Assembly (NCBI GenBank): GCA_977016875.1
Contig: CDRNST010000250.1
Span: forward strand, 1,426,001 to 1,490,000
Direction of reading: 5' to 3'
DNA from: Pavona decussata
Taxonomy: Eukaryota
DNA: 64,000 bases
Below the pieces are notes generated by a model, which saw nothing but the letters and a program-made list of their open reading frames with translations, had not been told where the DNA came from and did no database searches. The position numbers and the translations under genes were made by a program. Positions within the stretch are counted from its first letter, which is position 1. Every line of letters starts with the position of its first letter. Positions 24,210-36,500 of this stretch are shown one piece after another.

Positions 24210-25594
24210 GAAAAGAGTTTATCTCTGACCTCAGTTAACAGTTTTAATCGAGGAAACGATGTTTGCAGTCTTTACCAAATTTATGAGGTCATGATAAAAG
24301 TCAACACTGTTCTTTCTTTAATTACTTCGACTGAAAGAGGCTTCTGGTGAAGTTGTTTTTTGTTCAAGATATTCCTCTGGCTGTTGTGCCAAACGCAAAA
24401 TTTATTTTTGGCTGCGGTCGAAATGGACTAAGGAAAACTGGACAGAAGGAAATACTCCTGTATGGTTTTCAAAAAGCGTCGATTTGTAAAGGTTGCATTT
24501 TGGAATTCATTGTTCTGCTTTTTACCAATTAGAATCAAATTTGCTCGACGTATAATCTTTAATTTTTTACTGAAATCCTAATGACGTTGCCCAGTTCAAC
24601 GGGGACGACGACTGGAAAGACGGGAAGATGGTGTTCGACTTCTAGAAAAACCTGTGACGTTTGGGCGCAAAGTTATGTAGCAAAACGTGACATCGGGCTA
24701 ATAACAGAGGCTTAGTTAAAACACAGTTAACCTGCATAAATATTTGAAAGTCCGAGATTCTTGTTACGATATTCATCCAACAGCTGCCTTGGTAATACTG
24801 AAGCAAATCTGGAGATGAAAACACATAAACCTCAATTCCGAACTCAGTGAAGAACCTAATGAATCCAGACAGCGAGAAGAAGAAATTGTTGGACAGTTTC
24901 CAAGAATGAACAGGTGTAGACTTGGCTAAAATCCAAGCCATTGCAAAAACAATTCTAGGTCGGGAGAGCGTATGGTGGGGGTGGACGGGGGAAAACTGGG
25001 ACGTTGACATTAAGAACATTTTTCAAACTTACGTTCTGAATACAAATATCTCCCGCCCTACATCCACTTGTATAGGTTAAACACGGAAAAAAAGAGGGCA
25101 GTACATTTTTACGGATGGTCAAAGTCCTCAAGATAACCCAATGCGGCAGTGAAAATACGTTCTAGTGACAATAAAGATATCTTTCGTATAGCTGCAAGCT
25201 CAACGTGGCCATAGGTATTGACGACTTTGGTGAAATTTGAAAACGATTCAAGCCCCCTTGTGCTCTTCCGGGTCAAGTGCGTCAGCAAATGTTGTGAATG
25301 AAGTTTTTCATTGCTCTTCTATGACGCTTCAAATTATCAAGACAATCTCTTTCTGCCTTAACGATATAATTTATTTCATATTCTTTTAATGTAGATACAT
25401 TTTCTGTTATACTTCAGGATTCTTGTCTAACTATTTGTACTTTCTAGTCTACTCTCCTTTACTGTTAGCTCATCATAAGTTAGTTAATAGTTTTAACTAT
25501 TAATTAAAATTACATGTAGTTATGAATAGCTTTTGCAATTCTGTATTTGTTATAGTCATACAAATAAAGCTTGCTATTGTTGTATAAGTGAGTA

Positions 25595-25860
25595 TATGGC
25601 GAAAACAGAGTTTATGATCATAGGTTCCCGCCAGAGACTACTTGTTAAGAGTAACAACATAAAAACCAACGAATCAATGGCTTTGTTGTTAAAAAGTGGT
25701 TATGAAGTATGCAAAAGGGTATCGTCAGCAAAAGGTGCTCTGGCGATGAACACTGGGTCCTTTCCATACGTTTCTCCAAATTTATGTATAGCTCTAATCT
25801 AGCCCTAATTTATTGCAGGTTAAGATAAATTCATTACAGTACAGCTAGAGCAAGCTCCTA
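25595..25860 (+). mobile_element. LINE reverse-transcriptase C-terminal relic (homologous remnant at ~47755-48055)
   Basis: AKTEFMIIGSRQRL and VCKRVSSA.GAL motifs. Confidence 0.55.
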
Positions 25861-26019
25861 AAGATGCTTAAACGGGAAGCACGTTGGGGACCTCTTTACG
25901 ACGAAATGTGAGAAATATTTGTTCTACTGGGAAATGTAAGGTAAATCAATTTGTTTTCTATCAATATGGCGGCTAGGCACGCCTGATGACAAAATGCCTT
26001 TATGATTCCGCCATATTTC

Positions 26020-26140
26020 CAAAACAAATAAGTTGATTTACTTTTGTTATCAACTTATAACCACCAGGGCACATCTGAATGGAGACTTTGTGATTGGCCC
26101 TCCTTGTCGAATTCATCTTTCAGGTTTTCCTGAATATGCT
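26020..26140 (-). pseudogene. Highly decayed GPCR exon 3 remnant (second subfamily)
   Basis: cacatctgaatgg..tgattggccctccttgtcgaattc..ttcagg matches 61705-61780 and 28570-28612. Confidence 0.45.
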
Positions 26141-26560
26141 TCCCTTAGTAAGAGCATATTTTAAACCCATCAGAAAAATATGAAGTAAAATGAAGTAGAA
26201 GACAACACATCCCCATTACAGTTTCAACCTGCAGTTTCTAAAAAAAAATCTTGTAGTTTCTCCTCTTTACTTTTAATATGTAAATAACCACAAGCGATCT
26301 ATTATTACGACAACAACATGGATCAAATAAAGAAAAGAGCTAATTCATTAAACATACAAACAAACAAGAGATATTTATTTATACACGAAATGCAAAAAGC
26401 AGCGTTGCTGATGTGGTCGTCCCGCACTACTAAAAACTACGTACTCTAACTTTGCATTAAAAACAACCTATTTACTAGGAGATCTCTCCGAGATCTACCC
26501 GATGAACAAATGCAGGCCCGGAAAGTCAAAGCTTATTACAGGAAATCGACGTCCATGAAA

Positions 26561-26970
26561 TAGACCGTATTCGTATTCTCGGTATTCAAGTGGAACTAGC
26601 TTGCACACGAGGCTTATGCGGGGGAATCTTTTCACATGCAAATAGTTTCTAATATATTCCCCCGCAAGAGCCCCCATTGCAAGCTCGATCCAGTTCAATA
26701 CCGAGAACACGAATATGGTCTAATAATTGAAGGGAACGGAAAATTTTTGCGTTTATCTATGTATTCCGTAGACCGTATTCGTATTCTCGGTATTCAAGTG
26801 GAACTAGCTTGCACACGAGGCTTATGCGGGGGAATCTTTTCACATGCAAATAGTTTCTAATATATTCCCCCGCAAGAGCCCCCATTGCAAGCTCGATCCA
26901 GTTCAATACCGAGAACACGAATATGGTCTAATAATTGAAGGGAACGGAAAATTTTTGCGTTTATCTATGT
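26561..26970. repeat. Tandem duplication (208-bp period) of a MITE plus flank
   Basis: MITE tagaccgtattcgtattctcggtatt...aataccgagaacacgaatatggtcta at 26561-26722 and 26769-26930, each followed by the same 40-bp flank. Confidence 0.9.
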
Positions 26971-27331
26971 CGCATTATTTGATTTGAAGTATTTCTTTCC
27001 TACGTTCTTGGTTAGTGGCAAATCGAACGCCAGCTCTGTTTGTTTAGTCTACGATAACGTTTTAATAAATCGTTTAGCACATTTTAGGTTAATTCTGTTG
27101 CTAATTGTTTTCTCCATATCCGTTTCAGTGTATTTGGGACGAAATAGTTTTGAAATCATTAACGTTTTCTAACTTGGAGTGCATAGAATACAAAATTCAT
27201 TTGGAAATTAAGTCTTCTCTTTCTTTTCTTTATTTCATGCTATCTGTAGCTTCAATTCGCGTTAATCAGATCAGAGAGCACACCTCTTTTGAACACTTAC
27301 CCTTGAAACATCGCCTTATTGTGTCGTTCCT

Positions 27332-28033
27332 CTAAGTAGTGTTGTTTGGTGACTGGGTATACTGTGGTTCTCTAGCAGGATGACTCTTCTTTTGAAGTGA
27401 ATTGGAACGGCAGCATATCATTATCCGGAGCTTCTCTCTAAACCGTTGGTTTATTAGAGCATACGCAAATGGATTGACAGCGGTATTGAACATGATCAGG
27501 GTATGAGTCACGGAGGATACATCAAGACTGAGACTGTAGAAGGCCACATCGGCAAAGACGTGATTCCAATAGATTCCAAAGATGGCACTTACGGTTACAA
27601 CCATCAAAGTGACACGCTTCCGTAATTTCAACACACCCTGTATAAAGATGTATGAAATAACATTGGTGAAATTTGATCTTGACTTGAAGATTATATTCTT
27701 AGTGTGCTTTAAGAGTAAGCCGTTGAGAACGAATAAAGCAATTGAAGCAAGTGAACAGAAAAGTCAACAAGGAAATGGAAAGTAATAAGAACCTAATACT
27801 GAAATTCTGCTTCTTGTTCTAAGAATCAGACAGAAATATTCCTACTAAGTGAATTAGCCATATGGTTTTCTCATAGGATCACTGTAATGGTTTGTTATAT
27901 CAAAGGAACAACGTGAGGATATACACAACCACTTAATGTAAAATGTTTCGTTTTATAAGTTTCTTTAAAAATTGTTAATTGCCACTGGGCTACATGAAAA
28001 TAGCGCTATAGAGATAAAGAATTATTATTATTA

Positions 28034-28085
<52 letters not shown>

Positions 28086-28612
28086 TTTTATTATTATTAT
28101 TGTTATCATTATTAAAAGCAACATGTAACGCACTATGTCGAAAATATGGTTCACCGAAGAGGTTTCGAATCCCGGTCTCCCGCATTCAAGGCAGAGGCGT
28201 ATAAGCGCTACATCACCGTAGGCGATAGGAAGCTACAAATGTTCTTGTTCCAACCTCGTTTCCGGGGCCTTTGTCTCCAATTTACAAGGTAAAAGCCACA
28301 GGATCGAGGCTGCTTTTTGTTATTCTTCTTTGCAATCGAATAAATTGTAGTGAACATGGGTATTTCACAGAAGTGCTTTCTCTCTGTAGGAAACCTTTCC
28401 TTTGGCTTACATGATGTCATAAACTGGTGATCTCTCCTTTAATACATACCTGTTGACGATATGAGAGGTCATTATCCCGGCGCTTGATCCACAAATTGTA
28501 CAGCACTCTGGAGTATAAGCCAGTCACCAGGATAAAGGAAATAAAAACCACACTGAAGCACGTGCAAAAATAAGCCTTGGTTACCCACTTCTCACCATCA
28601 GGCCACACCTGA
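27332..28612 (-). pseudogene. 5'-truncated second-subfamily GPCR (3' part of exon 3 plus exon 4)
   Basis: Exon 4 27332-27637 has an in-frame 15-nt deletion after TM6 relative to 5634-5954. The exon 3 part 28450-28612 reads VWPDGEKWVTKAYF...GLYSRVLYNLW...QQ|gt and is fused directly to Crypton sequence. Confidence 0.75.
27970..28113 (+). repeat. LINE/SINE-like 3' tail with (ATT)n microsatellite
   Basis: gccactgggctacatg...gcgctatag then a long (ATT)n run; same architecture as the L2 tail at 60140-60220. The homologue at 6300-6348 abuts the gap. Confidence 0.6.
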
Positions 28613-29560
28613 AAGAGGGAAAAGTTGGTCCAGTTGTTCATAGAACTCCCATCACAAGCGAGCAATTGCAAAAGCTCTTTGAAAGTGGTCAACTGGGAAA
28701 TGCGGATACAAAAGATCCTAAACAATTACAGCAAACCGCGTGGTTTTACACATACCTGTATTTCGGGAGGAGAGGAAGAGAAAATCAACGCAGTCTCACT
28801 CCAAAGATGTTTACCTCCCCAGGATAGACGATACTTTGAGCTACGAAGAGAGTTTCTGGGAGCGGTTTTGTCGACAAAAAACCATCAAGGCGGCGTAAAC
28901 GACAACACCGACGAAGCAGACGCCAAAATGTTTGAGGTTCGTGGTTCTCCACGTTGCCCCGTACAGACCATGCAAAATTTCCTGAGTCACCTTAATCCAG
29001 GTCTTGACTGCCTCTTCCAGCGTCCAAGAGATGTCAGCCCATCATTCAAGCCCGAAGGAGAAAGCGTTTGGTATTGCAACTCACCCGCGGGCGAAAAAAC
29101 ACTGTCCAATATGATAAAGAAGATAAGCACAGCCCCCGGGATTGTACCTCACTTAACAAACCATTGTGTCCGAGCTACCTCGGTTACCGTCCTGTCAGAT
29201 TGTAATGTCGAGGCAAGGCATATCAAGGCTGTGACTGGAAATAAGTCAAACATGTCGATAGAATCATACAGTGCCCGAGCGTCTTTTGAGCAAAAGGAAA
29301 AGATGTCAGGCACCCTAAACTCGTTTGTACATGGAAACTGCCAGCCGCTCCAGCAGATCAGCAACCAAACTCAACCGGCTCTACCTCCACAAGAAAGCAC
29401 CGGGGTTATTGTACCGGCTAGTGCAAGCCAGATTTCCAGACAGATTTCTGATCAGCAAATTAATATACAGAACACAAGCACCAGCTATACTAACCAGCCG
29501 TTTCCGAACACGTTTCACAACTGCACAGTGACCATAGTTAACAATAGCTACTCCCGATGA
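28612..29560 (+). pseudogene. Crypton tyrosine recombinase, frameshifted near 28810
   Basis: One frame reads LQQTAWFYTYLYFGRRGRENQRSL. The next frame reads TKNHQGG, RCPV, LFQRP, WYCNSP.G..TL, TNHCVRATSVT, VTGNKS..SIESY. R-K-HxxR-Y are present; the TGH His is replaced by Asn. Confidence 0.8.
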
Positions 29561-29842
29561 ATCCTCAGTGGTCCATTTCACTATTCCTCCGATTGTACTT
29601 TGCTGTCAACTCTTTTTCAGAATTTGAAAATGAAAAGGATTTTGAAATTAAGCTTAGTTTAAGCTCAACATCATTTTTTCTTTTACGGTTTGCAAGTTTC
29701 TGAGACTGCGCAAGGTATGGCGCGATCACTGTGTAGCTTTGTTTTTATTGATGAATGAACTTTGATGAATGAACTTTGCAAATGCGCCAGTTTGTCAGAG
29801 CGCGCGCGATTTAGCATGCATCATTGCACAAATGTATCAAAC

Positions 29843-30635
29843 TTTATTATATAAAATTTAGTGGTATACCGAGTGGTAGCAAATCGATAAAAAGGCTATC
29901 CCGCCAGTGGCGATATCATTTTTATCAACACATGTGTGATATCATTTTTGACCAATCAGCCCGCAGGATTTTCGCGCGCTGTCAAGCACTTGTGGTTTCC
30001 CGAAGGGTTTCCCGCCGTTTGGCTGTCGTTTGGTCTTTCGGGAGTTTTTGAGTTGGTCTTTTCGCGAGTCGAAGTTAAGCTTATTCTAAAATAGAGTCAA
30101 GCACAAGCAGATTTGTCGAGATCACAGACAAGAAACTGATTGAATTCGTAGAAGAACAAGAAAATCCGAATACAGAGAGGAAAACTGGCTACCACGTCGA
30201 GTTGTGTGAGGGTGGTTGAAAGTAGCGATGAAAGCCAGGAGTAAGCTTAATAGAACAGGTATGTTCAGATTTACTTGTTACTGTAAGCCAAATTTCTAAC
30301 CATATTTAATATACCATTAGTTTATACCGGGAACCTTCCTGTTTATACGTTTTCTATTTACATCGATTTTATTTGTGGCCTTTTCGCTTAAGTCTTACTT
30401 TGTATTGACATAACTTGGCCTGTTTTACGATTGATACAAATAAACATCTGACTGTAAGCTTAATATGTACTCAATTTCTTTTATACAATAAAAAGAAAAT
30501 TACAGGTCGCTTGGAGATTCGACATTTCTCTTGTCATGTTAAAAAATATTTCACTCGTTCGCTGTGCTCACTCGTGAAATATTTTTCAACAAAAATTTCG
30601 TATCTCCGCGCGGCCATGTAATATCCTCTATTTAT
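29843..30635 (+). mobile_element. Nested non-autonomous Crypton-like element
   Basis: Remnant N-terminal peptide SRFVEITDKKLIEFVEEQENPNTERKT at 30091-30216; degenerate terminal palindrome 30499-30621 with a ctcg...ctcg centre. Confidence 0.6.
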
Positions 30636-30863
30636 GAAATAAGAATAGGTTTTGCTTGATAGATCGGTCCCTGAGGTATGCTAAAACAATTAGACGGCTC
30701 GCTCTCGGTTTCTGCCGCCTTTGATAGTTGGCTCGGGGCTTCGCCCCTCGCCAACTATCAGCCGATAGAAACCTCGAGCTTGCCGTGTACGCCGAAGACA
30801 GAATGTACTGAATAAATTATTAAAAACGTAGAAAAGTATTCTCATGAATATTTCTACTTTTAG

Positions 30864-31111
30864 TAGCCTGCGTAAGAAGAGTAATTTCCGTGGTATTTTG
30901 TGCGCTTTTGGTTATTTGATCGCGCGGAAATTGGGACGAACGCTAAAGAACAAAAAAAAAAAAAAAAAAAAAAACCTGGAGGGGGGACGAGGGAGAAAAC
31001 ACTCTCCTTTCCCCTCCCCCTTTCTCCTTTTTTTCGCTTTCGTCCCAATGTCATCGTGATCAAAGGCGAAAAACGCTCACAACTCCACGGAGAGGCTTGC
31101 TACGCAAGCTA
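30864..31111. mobile_element. MITE with TAG termini
   Basis: tagcctgcgta...tacgcaagcta inverted ends. Confidence 0.55.
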
Positions 31112-33420
31112 CGCATTGTCGGAATCAGTCGCTATAATTCTTGGAAACTCTTTAAATAAACACATATGATGATAGTGAGGGTCTTGTACGACCTTCAACA
31201 GGCAAAAACAAAATTATAGTACTTACTTTCGGAAAGTCCTTTAATGTTTTCCTAATGACGAGTATGTAAACGACAAGCCAACGACTGACAAAAATTGGTC
31301 CCCTGGAGGTGAGTGTGTTTCTCATTGATATTTCGTGTATGCGCTAAGCTTTACAAAACAGTTTACAATATACTTAGGCGTCCTGGTAAGTGAGCAGCGC
31401 CCACTAAAGAGGAGGATTGTAGCAATATCCCATCATCAGCCTTAAAATGAAAACAAACTCTTGAGTAACTGCCGGTTGAGATTTTGCGAAGTGTTTTAAA
31501 AATCGCGCTCCTAGCTTTTATTTGACGCTTTATTAATTATTGCAAAGTTTAATGAGCTCAAAGGTAACAGGTTGTCTTTTGTATATGCACCATATTACAT
31601 TGCCATAGTTTTACCCATATCTAGACGGGCTAAACGAAGTCTGCCCTCGTGATCGGCGACTTTGAACCTGAATAACATTTTTAATATTTGTTCATACGCA
31701 ACAAGACTCGGTGTCATTTTTAGAAATTCGTTAGGGAAAAAGTTGATGTGTTTGATAAGTGTTCAGTGATAATCATGTTACCATGTCAACTGTGGCTGGC
31801 CCAAGCCGTCACCGCCATGAACACGAAGATTAGAAGCCACAGGATAAATGCTCTTTTATTATGCAAAGCGAAATACGAGGGAAGGTGGACAAATAAAAAG
31901 TGATTCAACTGAAATTAAACAAAACGGAAATCAAAAATTCTAGAAAAACATGCAAACTGAAAAAGCAATGGAGAAACTACGCGAAATGAAAAAACCGAAA
32001 TATACAAATAAACAACTTAGAGCAATATTCACTAAACTGTTGCGATAAAAAACTTGAAAGTAAAATAAAATGACGAAGAACGCTAAACCGGCTTAGCAGT
32101 GAAACGACGCAATCCAAAACTTGTAACAACCACGCTTGAAAAAATTCAGCTGATATACCGACGCGGTATCAAGTGTAATTAGCAACGAGTTCCTGTGAAC
32201 CTGAATGAACTAATCTTTGACAGGCTGTTTTTAAAGAAAATGGAAATTCCTATTTTTCAATAAAGAAAAATTGCTTTTCTTATACACGTAGTAACTTTTA
32301 TGTTTTCAGTTGACATTAGTGTTTTTTAGTGGTTTTGATTCCTTTTTTACTGAAGTTTTGGCAAGTCCAAGACGGCGGATAAAAGATGACTACCATTTGA
32401 CAATTATGATTTAATTACCACATAATGTAACGTCATCACTTCTTGTTGTTGTCCTCAAAGGAAACGCAGCTTTAATGGCCAATGAGTTATGGAGGGTGGG
32501 TGGAGCGCGATATGCCCCCCTTTCTCCCCCCCCCCCCCCCTTCGGCCCAACAAGGCGAAAAAAAGCCCCGTCTGGGTTGGATTAACATTTTAAGAAATTT
32601 TGTTGGGGGTAGGCCCAGGGATCCACACTATCATTGACACAGAGTGCTGGAGCCTATCGAGACTGTTTTAACAGGAAGCTGACTTCTGTCCTGATTATGC
32701 ATTTAAGATGCCATGAAACACTAGCTTGTAACACTTATGCATGGTAATTGGTCATTGCAATAGTTTGCCAGAAAATGAAGGTGGCCTTTACTGCATATTC
32801 ATTGATTGTTAGGAGTTAGTTCTATCACACTAACTTTATTTGTCACATTTGAACAGTTTTACAATGGTATTTTAAATATTACAGCAAGCTAGTGTTATAG
32901 ATATATACGTAATGGATTAAATGGCACATCTTAGGTAACGTACTTGTAGTGCTTGGTTTCAGCCTTCTTTCATCAATTGTACAGTTTCTCGCCTAGAACT
33001 TTGCTGAAAATAGCGTAATTCTAAAAGTTCAGTTGATTGAAGATCTTCCTTACTAAAGCTATGTTTAAACAAAAACACTTCTAGCATTTGGCGACCAGGA
33101 TTTGAGATCAATCAATTTTGTGATTTTGAAGAACAAAATATAGGATAACTAAGCCACATAAAACGGAAGGCAAAAGATTTAAAGGAACCCTCTTTAAGAA
33201 GGCAACCGTAATTCAACATGAATTTCTGATAAATTCACCACAGAATTTTAACAATTTAAGAAAAACGAAAAAAACTTAATTTGGGACAAGATAGCAAAGT
33301 TTGGAAACAACATAAAAACAGCCAAGTTTACTTTGTGTGGCTTGGCCTATGGATATACCAAAGTTCAAGCAAAAATCCACTTTTAGAGTTCTTTCTTGGT
33401 CTTGACGAAAACAACACCGA

Positions 33421-33423
33421 AAA

Positions 33424-33490
<67 letters not shown>

Positions 33491-33503
33491 ACAAACAAAC
33501 AAA
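33421..33503. repeat. (AAAT)n(AAAC)n microsatellite in the presumed 3' UTR of GPCR copy D
   Basis: Direct reading; about 17 AAAT units. Confidence 0.95.
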
Positions 33504-33531
33504 GGGTTAGGCGCAATTTTTTCCAAGCATA

Positions 33532-36500
33532 TTACTCTTTCGAATTTGTTAAAGCTTTGCCAGTCGGTCGGCTGGAGATGTTGTTGGCCATCTCGATGCC
33601 CAGTGGTTTCCTTGAGGGAAGAACTCTTACAGGAGATGAACAGCAACATAATAGTATCTTTATCTTTTGTCTGAATCGTTGGCTTATGAGCGCATATGCA
33701 AAGGGATTGACAGCGGCATTAAACACCAGCATTGTGTGAGCAATGGGAATTGCATAAGAATTGAGCTTGTAATTGCCAAAGAGCTCTATGGAATGGAGTA
33801 TTTCGTCAGTATTCCAGCAGATTCCAAAGATAGCGCTGACTGTGAAAACCATCAAGGTGACTCGCTTCCGTACCTTTAAAACACCCTGTGTAAAGACAGA
33901 TGCCATTCAAAATGGTCATATTTGTGCAAGAGTCTTTATCAGTATACAGCAGTCTTTGAAAGTTGAGGTATATAGTCCCGATTAAATTATAGGTGGCTAC
34001 ATTAAGGAAACAGAAACGATAGTCCGAAAAATTCTCATATTCCTGTCATGTGGCATCCCACGTGAAACGTTAGTTCTGTAAACAGTATTGCTTTTAGCTC
34101 CTGAATTCCTCAATTCTAGAATAACATGCGGTGGATTGTACTTTACCTTTGTGAGAAATACAAACTTCCCTAAAGAGGGTAATGTTTACCATGCTGAGTA
34201 CTGTTGTGCTAGCCCGTACCTGTTGCTGACATGACTGTACATTATGATCATTCCGTTTGAACCACAAAGTATGTACGACTCTGGAGTATAAGCCAATCAT
34301 CAGCGTAGAGGAAATAAAAGCGTAGAACAACCACGCCGTAAAGTAAGGCTTGTGCATCCACTGCTCAGGAAAGAGGCAAAATATGTTATCCTTTACATAT
34401 GTCACTCTAAAAAACTCCGGAATATTCAGGACCAACGAGAAGAGCCAAGAGCCAAGAATAATCACCTAAAAGAGAAAAAAAGAGCGCATAATTAAAGTCC
34501 TTTCTTTTGATTGAGAATCATAAAACACAAACGAAACCAAATTAACGACTCTGAACGATAAAAACAGACAAAAATAGTGTAATGAGCCAATCCACGTTCG
34601 AAAAAAAAAACATGTAACCCGCGTCAAGCTCTGAAAAACAGGTGCAAGAAAGACACGATTGTTTTATTTTTGTTTCTCTTTGGTTTAAAAAGTGGCGCGA
34701 ATTTTGCAAACAAATCATAAAGCTTAGCAAAGCACAACGACACCAAACGCGAAATTACTTTTCGACACTCAACTGAAAACTGCTCCAACCGTGGCGGTCG
34801 CAGCGGCTTGTTGTAACGCCTTTATAGAGTGTTTCCACATGACGTTACGACGGCCATGTTGGTGTCCCAAAACAAAGAAATGGCGGCCATGTTGGTGTCC
34901 CAAACTAAACCTCTGGGAATTGAACTCTATTTTTATGCAAATACTTTCTTTTGTTTCAGTAAACCAATATGGCCGGTAGTCACGTAAATGAAAACACTCT
35001 ATTGTTCAAGTACTCGACGCAGTCAAAAGAGCTACAGTTTTGTGCTGTTGTCATTTAGTTGACTGCGCAGTTTTTTTATTATGTTTATTTCAATATTGAG
35101 CGAGTGGGTTGCCGGTGTAAAAAAAATTTCCGGTTAGATTAAAAGATTAACACATTTAGATAGTTGTAGTGACATACCTTGAGTTTGCGCATGGTCAGTT
35201 TTCCTTTGTTGGCAAGGGGAAATAAAACTGCAAAGTAGCGTTCAAATGCGATGGCGACCAGAGTGAAGATTGAAGAACCTGCTCCGATCCATTGCAAGGC
35301 GCCGTTTCTCAACAAACATACAATTTTTCCAGTGAATCCATCTGGGTGGTTGGTAATGTGCCTGTAAACTAGCTCCGTTGTATGAAATGTCGCGTAAATG
35401 ATGTCCGCAACTGCCAGGTTCACAAGTAGATAATTCATGGGAATTCTATGGGATTGAATTATCAAACTTATTGTCAAGTGATACATTATAAAAAACATAA
35501 ATCGACATGTGTTGTCGTCTCTGTCCTGCTGGTGTCGTTTAATTTTTACACTTCTCTAGGACTGACACTTGTCTATTAAGGTGATTCCCCCTTAAAAGAA
35601 CAAGTAATAAAAAATTTCTCAAAGTTCATCCAGTTGGTAATCATGCTACATATATTAAAAAATTGCAAGAAAAAATAAGAGTCACCGGGCTCATTTTTGT
35701 ACAACATGGATGGCCTTTACAGCAACTTTGCGACCAACGAGGTTNNNNNNNNNNNNNNNNNNNNNNNNNNNNNNNNNNNNNNNNNNNNNNNNNNNNNNNN
35801 NNNNNNNNNNNNNNNNNNNNNNNNNNNNNNNNNNNNNNNNNNNNNNNNNNNNNNNNNNNNNNNNNNNNNNNNNNNNNNNNNNNNNNNNNNNNNNNNNNNN
35901 NNNNNNNNNNNNNNNNNNNNNNNNNNNNNNNCACTAGAATTTCTGAAAAAGTTAAGTTATTAGAGAAGTTCAACAATAAAGACTCTGAAATACATTTTAA
36001 ACCATCTTAGTTTTGTAAGAGTTATTCATTATGTAACAAAATCAAGAATTCTCTGCACACGTACACACCCAGCACTATCTAAAGACTTGTTCTTTACAGC
36101 CTTAAAATCAAAATATTTTAAAGCATAATTTTAAACTTTTCTTGAAATCGAGACATATTGCAGATAACGTTGTGTAATTTAAATTCATGCATTAAAAAGT
36201 GGGGTCACCGTGCTCGTTGTCGAACTATTGATCCTCAAAGCGCGAAAATCCTGTTTGAAAATCTTTACGGACGAGAGAAGACTGGGTCGAGTTAAAAAAA
36301 GACAGCTCCCCGATCACAGGTACTGTAGAAAGTTCGTTCATTAAATTTATCTGCGTTTGCCTGTGTACTGTCTTCATACAAATGGCCAGTGAGAAATTAC
36401 TTAAACGAAAAAGAAGGGTCGACTGTTATGCGCAGAAGAGGTGCGCAGTGCAAAACAGGGGAATCACCTTAAACAACCAACCAATTACAAGGAAAGTTAA

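Larger units (their letters stand above)
28612..30800 (+). mobile_element. 5'-truncated Crypton-type DNA transposon (DUF3504-like tyrosine recombinase)
   Basis: YR coding relic at 28612-29560 and terminal palindrome at 30691-30789; contains a nested element at 29843-30635. Confidence 0.75.
19467..34197. repeat. Segmental duplication, copy 2
   Basis: Colinear, near-identical blocks to 1-8900. Extra segments are 24689-26956 and 28020-31681; the latter lies opposite the assembly gap in copy 1. Confidence 0.9.

Noticed and set aside
28145-28225. tRNA-like sequence on the minus strand (GGATTCGAAACC B-box-like)
   Set aside because: No convincing acceptor stem or D arm; at most a SINE-derived remnant.
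28625-29560. 311-aa ORF as an intact gene
   Set aside because: Its first ~60 aa are out of frame with the YR sequence (GRRGRENQR lies in another frame). The element is 5'-truncated and has TGN for TGH.
33276-33649. ORFs containing FIYL repeats (also 8084-8356)
   Set aside because: Translations of the (AAAT)n microsatellite.
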